Assembly: GCA_043767805.1 (NCBI GenBank)
Contig: JAYUGC010000058.1
Coordinates: 9,732 to 73,731 of the forward strand
Direction: 5' to 3'
From: Pseudomonadota bacterium
GTDB lineage: Bacteria > Bdellovibrionota > FAC87 > UBA2466
DNA length: 64,000 bases
Under the pieces are notes generated by a model. That model had not been told where the DNA came from. It did no database searches and saw only the letters and a list, made by a program, of their open reading frames with translations. Numbering within the stretch: position 1 is the stretch's first letter; each line of letters starts with the position of its first letter. Shown here piece after piece: positions 55,281 to 64,000 of the stretch. A program made the translations under genes and the position numbers.

Positions 55281-57052
55281 GTGGCTTCTGAAACTTGAGT
55301 AAAGCGCCGAATCTCTTCCAGAGCGCCCCCTAAAAAGAGCTGCCGAGAAAGCTGACGCTGAATCTTGCCGCTGCTAGTGAGCGGGATGCTATTGGCCTTA
55401 ATCAGACTGATGGCGTAGGCATTCACGCCGTGGTTCTCGAAGACATCGCGCCGGATAGCGTCGAGAACTTCGTCCATGTTGACATCACGGGCGCTCCGGC
55501 TCAACTCCTGAATGATGACTAGGCGTTCCTCGCCGGACTCATCCACGGAGACCACCGCGCAGGCGCCGAGATTCAAAGCAGGGTGAGATTGGCCCACGGT
55601 CTGCTCGATATCGTGCGGGTAATAATTGCGCCCGCGCAAAATGACCAGGTCCTTAATGCGGCCGGTCACGAAGACTTCGCCTTCCCACTTAAAGCCCAAA
55701 TCGCCGGTGCGAAGAAAGGTATCGGCGGAATCATCTCCGGCGATGGTAGCCTTGAAAGTCGTTTCGGTTTCCACGGGCTTTTTCCAATAGCCGACCGCGA
55801 CGCTCGGCCCCGCGACCCAAATCTCGCCCACTTTGCCGTCTTCGCAAGGGATGCGATTCGAAGGATCGACGATCTCGACGCGATTGCCTTCGGTCGCATA
55901 CCCGCAACCGACGATGGTGCGACTGCCGCGCGTGCCGGCTTCCGCCGTTTCCACGGTGGCTTTAATCTCAAGCTTTTCCGAGTTCAAAGTGAGGGTCGGC
56001 GCTCCGGTTCCCCGTTTTACGCCGGTAACCATGAGAGTCGCTTCGGCCAGGCCGTAGCACGGATAAAAAGCTTCTCTTTTGAAACCGCAGGGCTCGAACT
56101 TGCGCGCGAACGCTTCGAGCGTTTCATGGCGCACGGGCTCCGCGCCGCAAAAGGCGAGCTCCCAGCTCGAAAGATCGAGATCGGCCAGGGCTTTGTCGGG
56201 AATCCGCTTCACGCAGAGATCGAAAGCGAAGTTGGGACCGCCACTGAAGACGGCTTTGTACTTGCTGATGGCTTGCAGCCAGCGCGCGGGGCGCATCAAG
56301 AAAGAGTAGGGCGACATCAATACGCCGGTGAGCCCCGCATAGAGCGGCTCCAAGATTCCGCCGATGAGACCCATGTCGTGGTACGGGGGCAACCAGGAAA
56401 CGCTGTGGGTGCCCGCGACCGTATCGAAAGAGCGTTGAATGCCCGCGAGATTATGCAGAAGACTGCCGTGCGTCAGCATCACGCCCTTGGGGCTCGAGGT
56501 CGAGCCCGAGGTGTACTGCAGAAAAGCCAAAGTATCCGGATTTATCGACGAGACCGGGTCGATCTCGGTGCCGGCGGGAAGTTGGTCGGTCTCAATCCAG
56601 GTGAGCTTGTGAAGGTCGGCGTGCGACTGAATCGCGGGCCCAAGCGCTTCGCGGATGGATTTGGAAGTGAGCGCGATTTTAGGCTCCACGTCCGCGACGA
56701 TGCTGTCCAGGCGATCCATCTTCGTGTTGAAGCGGGGCGGATAAACGGGCACCGCCACCACGCCCGCGAAAAGGCAGCCGAAAAAGCTGATGATGTAATC
56801 GAGGCCGGGCTGGTGATTGATGAGCGCCCGATCGCCCGGGCGGGCGTGTTGGCTAATCACGCCAGCCAAACGGCGGGCCTGATGTTCCAGCTCGGAATAG
56901 GTCAGGGTGATGCCGTCATGGGCCCCATCTTTTAGGTAAATCCATGCAAAGGCATCCGGCGTGACTCTCGCTCGGAACCGAACCAGCTCCACCAAGCTGG
57001 GCAAATCTCCTGGCGCCCTTAAGGATTTGGGCGCGGGGTCAGGCATTTCCAA
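55277..57052 (-). CDS. Fatty acyl-AMP ligase (FAAL)
   Basis: AFLQYTSGSTSSPKGV, SWLPPYHDMGLIGG, PCYGLAEATL followed by a FAAL-type insertion, LRTGDLG, TSSGKIQR. Confidence 0.92.
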   Translation of the reverse strand: MEMPDPAPKSLRAPGDLPSLVELVRFRARVTPDAFAWIYLKDGAHDGITLTYSELEHQARRLAGVISQHARPGDRALINHQPGLDYIISFFGCLFAGVVAVPVYPPRFNTKMDRLDSIVADVEPKIALTSKSIREALGPAIQSHADLHKLTWIETDQLPAGTEIDPVSSINPDTLAFLQYTSGSTSSPKGVMLTHGSLLHNLAGIQRSFDTVAGTHSVSWLPPYHDMGLIGGILEPLYAGLTGVLMSPYSFLMRPARWLQAISKYKAVFSGGPNFAFDLCVKRIPDKALADLDLSSWELAFCGAEPVRHETLEAFARKFEPCGFKREAFYPCYGLAEATLMVTGVKRGTGAPTLTLNSEKLEIKATVETAEAGTRGSRTIVGCGYATEGNRVEIVDPSNRIPCEDGKVGEIWVAGPSVAVGYWKKPVETETTFKATIAGDDSADTFLRTGDLGFKWEGEVFVTGRIKDLVILRGRNYYPHDIEQTVGQSHPALNLGACAVVSVDESGEERLVIIQELSRSARDVNMDEVLDAIRRDVFENHGVNAYAISLIKANSIPLTSSGKIQRQLSRQLFLGGALEEIRRFTQVSEAT

Positions 57053-57287
57053 CTTGTTCTTTCACGACGCGCTCGATGTCTCCCACGCTTTGGAGCTGGG
57101 CGAGTTTTTCGTCAGGGATCACAATGTCGAGCTCATCTTCGATGCAGCCCACGATTTCCATCATGGCCACCGAGTCGATGCCGAGAGAGGCAATCTTGGT
57201 GTCCGTGGTGATCACGGGAAAGGTTTTATGGGACTCGACCTTCTTGGCGATATCCGTGAACATTTGCAGAACGTTGACGTCGGTCAT
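57039..57287 (-). CDS. Acyl carrier protein
   Basis: 82 aa, acidic, LGIDSVAMMEI phosphopantetheine site; GGAGGAG RBS. Confidence 0.9.
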   Translation of the reverse strand: MTDVNVLQMFTDIAKKVESHKTFPVITTDTKIASLGIDSVAMMEIVGCIEDELDIVIPDEKLAQLQSVGDIERVVKEQVGNA

Positions 57288-57302
57288 CGGGTCTCCTCCG
57301 CT

Positions 57303-58169
57303 TTAAGCGTCAAGCCGCTTCAAGGAAAATTGGTGTAAGGACTGCCAGTTGTTATCGAAAGCCTTGATACAACAAGACAGGTAACGATCGTAATCGTCGT
57401 AGAGCTTCTGGCCCCACTTTTCGACGATGAAATCTTTATGGGCTTCCATGCGGTTCAGCCACTCCGTGCAGGTCTGCTGATAGTGGCCGCGCATGGAGCG
57501 CATTTCCATCACTTCGTAATAAGGAATGCTCGCCACCACGAGATCTTCCACGCGAGGGGTCACCGCGCCGGGGAAAATCGTGTACGTGGAGTGCCGCAAG
57601 TTATCCAAGTCTTCCTTCTTGCGCGGAACCTGGCAGCGGGTAATGGCCTGGAGGCCGAAGTACGTGCCGGGCTTGCTCCACGAGTGAGCGCGCTTGAAGT
57701 AGTCGCGATAGAGATCGACGGCCTTGCCGGCGCGCGCCTGCTCGGGCGTGACCACGTGCTCGACCATGCAAATCGACATGATGGCGTCGAACTTAAAAGG
57801 CGGACTGTAATGAAGGTAGTTTTCGCAAGTGACCGTGGTGTTCGGCAAATCGCGATCGACGCAGTTCTTGTACTGCTCTTCACTCAAAGTGAAGCCGTGA
57901 ACGCGGGGCGCCTTATTGACGGTGGCTTGGTACTCGAGGTTCGCTCCCCAGCCGCAACCGATATCCAAAACGCTTTCCGTGTGGTGATCGATATTGGCGA
58001 ATTTGCTGAGCCGCGCCAGTTTGTTGTCCTGGGCCTTCTCGAAATCGTCCGAGTAGTTCACCGTGTCGGTGTACAGTGCGCAGGTATAGTTCATGCGCTT
58101 GTCTAGCCACAGTCTGAAGAAGTCATTGCTGACTCCATACGAGACTTCGACTTCGGATTGCGTGGACAT
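57303..58169 (-). CDS. Cyclopropane-fatty-acyl/mycolic-acid-type SAM methyltransferase
   Basis: YGVSNDFFRLWLD..MNYTCA, AQDNKL, LDIGCGWG, TLSEEQ, IFPG, HY..T...W; GGGGAG RBS before ATG 58169. Confidence 0.9.
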   Translation of the reverse strand: MSTQSEVEVSYGVSNDFFRLWLDKRMNYTCALYTDTVNYSDDFEKAQDNKLARLSKFANIDHHTESVLDIGCGWGANLEYQATVNKAPRVHGFTLSEEQYKNCVDRDLPNTTVTCENYLHYSPPFKFDAIMSICMVEHVVTPEQARAGKAVDLYRDYFKRAHSWSKPGTYFGLQAITRCQVPRKKEDLDNLRHSTYTIFPGAVTPRVEDLVVASIPYYEVMEMRSMRGHYQQTCTEWLNRMEAHKDFIVEKWGQKLYDDYDRYLSCCIKAFDNNWQSLHQFSLKRLDA

Positions 58170-58296
58170 CTCTCCCCCAATAATCGGAAAAACTAATGAA
58201 TTTGGCAGAGGGCAATATGCAGAAAAACTTAAGGGTTGGCAAGACGGTAAGCTTTGATTATTTCTGCAGGGTATCACTTCCCAAAGCTGGAGAATC

Positions 58297-59610
58297 ATGG
58301 AGAACCTGGACACTCAGACCCTAGACGGGCTATGCGCCCGCGCCGTTCGCATCTCGGACCGGGAAACGCTCAATCAGTTCTGTATCGAGCAGAACTACGA
58401 CCCCACCGACCTGTTCTCCAAAGCACGCATCTACGCCAAGGAAATCCATGACCTAAAGCGTTTTGGCGTCCTTCAATATGGGGTGCCCATCGAGTCCAAA
58501 CCGGGCCCGACCGTGAAGATGGAGTTCTTCGGCGAAAAGCGCGAAATGATCATGTTCGCGAGTAACGACTACCTCAATCTCTCCACCGACCCCCGCGTGC
58601 ACGAGAGCATCATCGATGCCCTAAAAAACTACGGCGTCGGAGCGGGAAGTTCCCGGGTCGGTACGGGATACTCCTATCTTCATAGAGAGTTAGAGGAACA
58701 ATTGGCCGCGAGCTTCGGCAAAGAAGCCGCCATTTTGTTCCCTACGGGCTACGACGCCATTGCCGCGCCCGCGATCAGCCTTTTAGGACCGAAAGACCGG
58801 GTTTTCATCGACGGATCGTCTCACGCCTGCATTTTGGACGGCGCTTACACGAGTGGAGCGACGGTTCGAGTTTTTGCCCACAACCAGCCTGATCGGTTGG
58901 AGGACGCCCTTCGCCGGGCTAAGGAAAAAGTCACGGACGGCGGATTTCTCGTCATGGTCGAAGGGGCTTACAGCATGGACGGCGACATCGCCGACCTGCC
59001 GAACCTGGTCGCAGTGTGCCGTAAGTACGGCGCGAAGCTCATGGTCGATGAAGCGCACTCCATCGGCGTGCATGGATCCAAAGGGCACGGGGCTTGTGAG
59101 CACCACGGCGTGCAGAAGCAGGTCGATTTCATCGGCGGCACGTTCTCCAAGTCGCTCGGCGCGACGGGCGGATTCGTCGCGGCGGACAAAGACGTCATCA
59201 CCTATTTGAATTACATGTCCCGCAAGATCATCTTCAGCGCGGCTCTGCCTCCCATTTTGGTGGCGGGAGTCAAAAAGGCGCTCGAAATCATGGAGACCGA
59301 TCACGGCTTGCGCGAGCAGCTCTGGGCCAACGTGCATTATCTCGCGGCCGGCATGAAGCAAATCGGCGCGAAAGTGCTCGGCACGGGAACGGCTTCGGTG
59401 CCGGTGCTCATCGGTAACGACGGCATCATGTTCCGGTTCACGCGGGAATTAATTCAGAACGGGATTTTTACTTTCCCGGCGGTCTACCCGACGGTGCCTC
59501 GCAATCGCTCGCTCTTCCGGCTGGCGTTGCAGACGAAACATTCGAAGGCGGATCTCGATAAAACCATCGACGTCTTCTCGAAGCTCCTCAAGAAGTACAA
59601 CGTCACCTGA
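58297..59610 (+). CDS. Alpha-oxoamine synthase family enzyme, serine palmitoyltransferase-like
   Basis: FASNDYLNL, GSSR, SHACI, SMDGD, VDEAH, GTFSKSLG (PLP Lys), IFSA; N-terminal extension. Confidence 0.85.
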   Translation: MENLDTQTLDGLCARAVRISDRETLNQFCIEQNYDPTDLFSKARIYAKEIHDLKRFGVLQYGVPIESKPGPTVKMEFFGEKREMIMFASNDYLNLSTDPRVHESIIDALKNYGVGAGSSRVGTGYSYLHRELEEQLAASFGKEAAILFPTGYDAIAAPAISLLGPKDRVFIDGSSHACILDGAYTSGATVRVFAHNQPDRLEDALRRAKEKVTDGGFLVMVEGAYSMDGDIADLPNLVAVCRKYGAKLMVDEAHSIGVHGSKGHGACEHHGVQKQVDFIGGTFSKSLGATGGFVAADKDVITYLNYMSRKIIFSAALPPILVAGVKKALEIMETDHGLREQLWANVHYLAAGMKQIGAKVLGTGTASVPVLIGNDGIMFRFTRELIQNGIFTFPAVYPTVPRNRSLFRLALQTKHSKADLDKTIDVFSKLLKKYNVT

Positions 59611-59653
59611 GGTTCCGTAGGCCCAAAGGAATCGTGCTAAGATAAGCCGATTC

Positions 59654-60892
59654 ATGCCGGTTATCTTCGACATCTCCACGCTGGGATACGGCGCACTCGG
59701 GCCGGCCTTTCGTACGGGTGTTTTTCGCAGCGTCGAGAACCTTTTGCATTCCCTCGATCGCTTTCACCCGGGCCTGGTTCGCCTTTGCGCACTGGATTCG
59801 CCTCAAGCCTGGGCGCTGTCGCGCCGGTATTGGAAGCGAAGTGCTGTCGCCGGCGCCGAGTTCCTGCCCGCGGAAGGGGGCAGGCTATTTTCCCTGATGG
59901 AAGGCGCACTCGTTCGGTGGAATCAAGTGAGTGACGCGGGCTTTCTCCGGCGCTTGAGCAGACGGGCGTTACGGGAAAGCTCTTCTCGCCTCGGCAAACG
60001 CGTGCCCCGTTTGAGTGCCTCGGACTTCGCGGGCTCCGTTTACCACTCTCCTTTTTATGCGTTTCCGCCCGAGACGAAAGGGCTCGCCCGAGTCTTGACT
60101 CTCCACGATCTCATTAATCTCCGTTCCCCCGAGCTTCCCCGGGGATCGGGCGAGTACTTGAGAGTTATCGTCAAGGGGATTGGCCCCGAGGATCGCGTGG
60201 CCTGCTGTTCGGAGTGGACGCGCCAAGAGCTTCTCGAGCAATGCCCCAGGCTTTCGCCCGAGCGGGTGTCAGTCATCGGCTGGGGCGTCGGAGACAACTT
60301 CGCGCCGCCCCCGCCGGACTTGAAAGCGAGTACGCTCAGATCCTTCGGCTTGGACCAAGTTCCCTATTTCATCTCGGTCGCCACCTTGGAGAAGCGGAAG
60401 AACGTGCCGCTTCTGATCGGGGCGTTTCAAGACTTGCGCGCGAGGAGACCCGACTGTGAGGCGCGCTTGGTGCTCGTCGGCGCGGATGGGTCGGACACCG
60501 CCGCCGTCACCGCGATGATCCAGGGCAAGAGCGACATCCTTCGCTTGGGCTTTGTTCCCGACGCGAGTCTTGCCGCGCTTTATGCCGGCTCTTCGGGCTT
60601 TGCGTTACCGTCCCTTTACGAAGGGTTCGGTTTGCCGGCCCTGGAGGCAATGCGCGCGGGCGCTCCGGTCTTGGCGAGCGAATCGAGCGCGCTGGGCGCG
60701 GTGGTGGGAGAAGGGGGCTGGCGGCTCGACCCCCGAGACCGCGAAGCGTGGAGTCATGCCCTCGAACTCCTGTACGATTCCTCTACCGAGCGAGACAAAT
60801 GGCGGGCTCGAGGCGCGGCTTGGGCCTCGCGCTTTTCCTGGAAGAGCACGGCCGCCGGATACGCCGGCGTCTACGAAAAGTTTCTTAAGTGA
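59654..60892 (+). CDS. GT4 glycosyltransferase
   Basis: TLHDL, TLEKRKN, PSLYEGFGLPALEAM, FSW. Confidence 0.9.
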   Translation: MPVIFDISTLGYGALGPAFRTGVFRSVENLLHSLDRFHPGLVRLCALDSPQAWALSRRYWKRSAVAGAEFLPAEGGRLFSLMEGALVRWNQVSDAGFLRRLSRRALRESSSRLGKRVPRLSASDFAGSVYHSPFYAFPPETKGLARVLTLHDLINLRSPELPRGSGEYLRVIVKGIGPEDRVACCSEWTRQELLEQCPRLSPERVSVIGWGVGDNFAPPPPDLKASTLRSFGLDQVPYFISVATLEKRKNVPLLIGAFQDLRARRPDCEARLVLVGADGSDTAAVTAMIQGKSDILRLGFVPDASLAALYAGSSGFALPSLYEGFGLPALEAMRAGAPVLASESSALGAVVGEGGWRLDPRDREAWSHALELLYDSSTERDKWRARGAAWASRFSWKSTAAGYAGVYEKFLK

Positions 60893-60943
60893 GATTTGAG
60901 TTTAACCAGAGTGCGCGCGGGAAAGACGACGTATAATTGGCTC

Positions 60944-61825
60944 ATGACGCAACTTAGGAACGCGCTTTTCTCCTTGATAAAGAAATTTTTTCGGCTGCTT
61001 CCCGGCGCGGATACCTTGCGAGCTTTTCCCCTTTTTAAGCAGTGGCACTCCGCGCTGAACTTTCATTTGAAGCAGGAGAGCGTCCTGGTCGAGGGGCTAT
61101 CGCTCTTCGTTAACCGGGAAGATCGAATGATTTCTCAGATGCTGATGCGCGAAAAAGTCTACGAGCCGGTGGAAACGGTTTTTTTTCGCTCGAATGTCCG
61201 TGAGGGGGACGTCTTTCTCGATATCGGGGCCAACATCGGTTATTTTACCCTGCTCGCCGCCGCCCGAGTCGGAGCAAAAGGAAAGGTATTCTCCTTCGAG
61301 CCGGACCCCACCAACTTTGCCTTTTTAGAGAAAAGCGTCCGCATGAACCATCTGTCTCAGGTGACGGCCCTGAAAGCGGCGGTCACCGACAAGACCGGGA
61401 AGTTGAAGCTATTTCGGAACGAGGACAACCTGGGCGATCACCGGATTTATGCTACCGATTCGTCCGCCCAGAGCATCGATATCGATAGCGTTTGTCTCGA
61501 CGACTATCTTCCACCGCTCGAAGGGGCCCGCATCGTCGTTAAAATCGACATTCAGGGAGCGGAGGTCTCCGCCATTAGAGGGCTCTCCCGCTTCTTTTCC
61601 GGCCACTCTGACGTCACTCTGCTCACGGAGTTCTGGCCCGAGGGACTTCGCAGGTTTGGCTCGAGCAGCGCCGAGTATGCTTCTCTTCTCGTGGAAAATC
61701 GTTTCAAGCTGTTTCTTATCGAGAGCTCCGGCGCTTTGAAGCCCGTGACTCGGGAAGAGCTTCTCGCTTCTTTCCCGCAAGGGGACCCCGACGCGTACAA
61801 AAATGTCGTCTGCAAAAAGGGCTAA
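60944..61825 (+). CDS. FkbM-family methyltransferase
   Basis: YEP, LDIGANIGYFT, FEPDP.N, KIDIQGAE. Confidence 0.9.
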   Translation: MTQLRNALFSLIKKFFRLLPGADTLRAFPLFKQWHSALNFHLKQESVLVEGLSLFVNREDRMISQMLMREKVYEPVETVFFRSNVREGDVFLDIGANIGYFTLLAAARVGAKGKVFSFEPDPTNFAFLEKSVRMNHLSQVTALKAAVTDKTGKLKLFRNEDNLGDHRIYATDSSAQSIDIDSVCLDDYLPPLEGARIVVKIDIQGAEVSAIRGLSRFFSGHSDVTLLTEFWPEGLRRFGSSSAEYASLLVENRFKLFLIESSGALKPVTREELLASFPQGDPDAYKNVVCKKG

Positions 61826-61832
61826 TACCCGC

Positions 61833-63071
61833 CTACCAGAGCTTTTCCAGGTAATAGACCCGGCTCTGGTTGATGGAAAGTAAGGCTTCGATGGGATCGG
61901 GCTTGTTCGCCTCGAGCGTCACCGGCGGCTGGATGGAGATGGTGCGGACTTCGCTGAAAATCTTAGGCGGCAGTGTCTCGTCGGCCACCGCGGGCGTTGC
62001 GGCGACAAACCAGCGGTAGTTGCCGGAGGTGGTGAACTTCAGATTGAAGCTCATGTCCGACGTGTCCCGGCGGTAGAGCTCTTTGCCGGCCGCGTCCGAG
62101 AGCACGAAAGTATAGATCTGATGGCCGACAGCGGCGTTGGGCCGCTCCCATTCGAACGCCACCGACACCGGCATCTCCTGGCTGTAGAACGCGAAGTTTC
62201 TCGGCGGCAGGAGCAAAGGCAGCGGCAAGTTCACGTGCGTGAGGGAAGGCGGCTCGCCTCGGCCACTCATGGGCAACACCATGCTGAACTGGCGTACTTC
62301 GGATTGCCACCGGCCGTCCTCGCTCACAATTTGGGCGAGATACTTGCCTTCGCGCTCGATCTTTACCGAGTAGAAGTCTTGCGTGGTGTAGGCCATCGGC
62401 TCGGGGCGAGGCTTTTCCGGCTGCCAGATGCGCACGCCGTAGTTCAAGTTCTTTTCGGCGACGGCTTTCCAGGTAATGCGCATGTCCTGGGGAAGGCTCG
62501 GCACGATGGACAGGGCGTTCGCGGCCGGAGTGTAGATGCGGATCTTTTTCGATCGCATGGAAACGGTAGCGTCTTGGTTGTCTTTATCTTCATCCCTGAG
62601 TGCGTTCAGGAAATCTTTTTTGATGTCTTCTTTGAGCAGGTTCGCGGCGAAACGTTCCCAAGCCTCTCCGAATGACTCATACATGAGCTCCATCATGTCT
62701 TTCGACGGCTTGGGCGCCGGAAGCTTCGGGATGAAATAGTCGTTTAACGTGAGGCGACGCGGGATGTTCTCTCTGAGACGCATCAGAATGGGGCTATTCA
62801 AAGTGATGATCATCGACTCGGCTTGGATGCCGGTGAAGCCGGCCGTCATGGAAAGCTCGAAGGTGATCGAAGCGTCCTTAGAGACCTGAATGAGAGTGCT
62901 CTCCCAGATCGAGTCTCCGCTCTTCAGCTCCGTCCAGGCGGGGGAGAGTGGCGGCCAGGCGAGGACCAGGCCCTTTACCTCTTTGACGAGGTAGCGCTTA
63001 CGGATTTCGGGTAAACGGCCCGCATAGGCGCTTAAAGAGAAGAAAGCCAGCATGAGAAACAGGCGTTTCAT
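61833..63071 (-). CDS. Secreted hypothetical protein (FecR-like N-terminus and Fn3/Ig-like repeats, tentative)
   Basis: Signal peptide; WTELKSGD; two beta-sandwich-like segments; ATGA coupling to the PP2C gene. Confidence 0.6.
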   Translation of the reverse strand: MKRLFLMLAFFSLSAYAGRLPEIRKRYLVKEVKGLVLAWPPLSPAWTELKSGDSIWESTLIQVSKDASITFELSMTAGFTGIQAESMIITLNSPILMRLRENIPRRLTLNDYFIPKLPAPKPSKDMMELMYESFGEAWERFAANLLKEDIKKDFLNALRDEDKDNQDATVSMRSKKIRIYTPAANALSIVPSLPQDMRITWKAVAEKNLNYGVRIWQPEKPRPEPMAYTTQDFYSVKIEREGKYLAQIVSEDGRWQSEVRQFSMVLPMSGRGEPPSLTHVNLPLPLLLPPRNFAFYSQEMPVSVAFEWERPNAAVGHQIYTFVLSDAAGKELYRRDTSDMSFNLKFTTSGNYRWFVAATPAVADETLPPKIFSEVRTISIQPPVTLEANKPDPIEALLSINQSRVYYLEKLW

Positions 63072-64000
63072 GCCGCCGCCTTGAGGGCCAGCAGACAGAG
63101 ATCGTCCAACGCGACTTGGCCCTTGAGATGTTCACGCCATTCCTCGCGCACGCGTTCCACCATGGCGAGAGGGGTGATGGGGCGGTTATCCCGGCCCATG
63201 CGAATCAAGCGCTTCTCGCTAAAGAGTCTGCGGTCGGGACTGCCTTCGATGAGGCCGTCCGTGTACATGAGGACCGATGCGCCAGGCAGAAACGGAACCG
63301 TTTTGCCGACGGGGAAGAAGTCCAGGGACAGACCGAGCAAATCCGAGCGCATCAAGACGGGCTCCGCCGCTTCGCCGCTATCCGCGGGAGGATAGAGGAT
63401 GGGGAAGGGATGGCCGGCGTTCAGGAACTCGACCTCGCCTTTGTCCCGGCGGTAGCGGCACATGAGCATCGTCGCGTGGATGGTGCCTTTGCCGAGCTTC
63501 ATGAAAAGCCGGTTCAAGCGCCGCATGAAATCATCCATGGGGAACGAATCGAGTCCCGCTGAGCGCGCGCGCGTCTCCTCGAAAGTCGCGGCGATGATCG
63601 CGGTGAACATCGCGGAGCCCGCGCCGTGGCCGGAGACGTCGGCGATGGCGATGACCGCTTCTCCGGTAGCGTCGTTGTAGAAATAGCCGTACCAGTCTCC
63701 GGCGACTTCCGTGGCGGGAACGTACTCGGCGGCGATCTCCAGACCCGCGTCCTCGGGGAAGATCGCTTTCAAAAGGAAATTGTCCTGGATGCTATGAGCG
63801 ATGGAGAGCTCGTTGGCGAGACGGAACTTTTCCTGTTGCTCCAGGAGAAGGCCGTTGATGCGCTCGTCGCGGCTGTGAAGGTTTTTCGCCATTTCAGAAA
63901 AGGATTGAGTCAGAACTTTCAGCTCGCCGAAGCCTTCCATGCGCGGCTGTATGTCGAAGTTGCCGTCTCCGATCTCGGCGGCAAGGCGCACGAGCTCTTT
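63068..64000 (-). CDS. HAMP + SpoIIE/PP2C phosphatase, partial (5' end outside the window)
   Basis: AHSIQ, VAGDWY, IADVSGHG, NAGH, YTDGL, DDLC. Confidence 0.92.
   Translation of the reverse strand, partial: KELVRLAAEIGDGNFDIQPRMEGFGELKVLTQSFSEMAKNLHSRDERINGLLLEQQEKFRLANELSIAHSIQDNFLLKAIFPEDAGLEIAAEYVPATEVAGDWYGYFYNDATGEAVIAIADVSGHGAGSAMFTAIIAATFEETRARSAGLDSFPMDDFMRRLNRLFMKLGKGTIHATMLMCRYRRDKGEVEFLNAGHPFPILYPPADSGEAAEPVLMRSDLLGLSLDFFPVGKTVPFLPGASVLMYTDGLIEGSPDRRLFSEKRLIRMGRDNRPITPLAMVERVREEWREHLKGQVALDDLCLLALKAAA

Noticed and set aside
58297..59610. Calling the AOS enzyme bioF or definitively spt
   Set aside because: There are no biotin genes adjacent, and AOS substrate specificity cannot be fixed from motifs alone, so no symbol is given.

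Overview
A GC-rich, gene-dense bacterial chromosome segment. Many signal-peptide hypothetical proteins, secreted hydrolases and a TPR-winged-helix regulator suggest a Bdellovibrionota/Oligoflexia-like organism (inference only). I found no rRNA, tRNA, CRISPR array, transposase or integrase. About 60 CDSs are supported: two-component signalling (LytS/LytTR, PAS kinase with CheB-CheR, a membrane kinase with two receivers, a PP2C), secreted enzymes (M14, S8, CAP, ENPP), DNA repair (zincless-finger Fpg, nuclease-DinG helicase), an aldolase-mtnA salvage pair and a glycan-modification cluster. The best candidate for an undescribed system is the divergent lipid cluster at 54.3-61.8 kb. It combines a CFA-synthase-like methyltransferase, ACP, fatty acyl-AMP ligase and desaturase with a serine-palmitoyltransferase-like enzyme, a GT4 and an FkbM methyltransferase, and may make a modified sphingoid or aminoketone lipid. 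Other highlights are a ~80-bp stem with strand-biased G-U pairs upstream of an orphan parA pair, a second structured RNA-like element with a terminator at 27.7-27.9 kb, an A9 slippery site that would fuse TIGR01777 to SRPBCC, eight sigma54-type promoter motifs, a LytTR-type direct repeat, and several gene remnants. All functional calls come from motif recognition without database searches.
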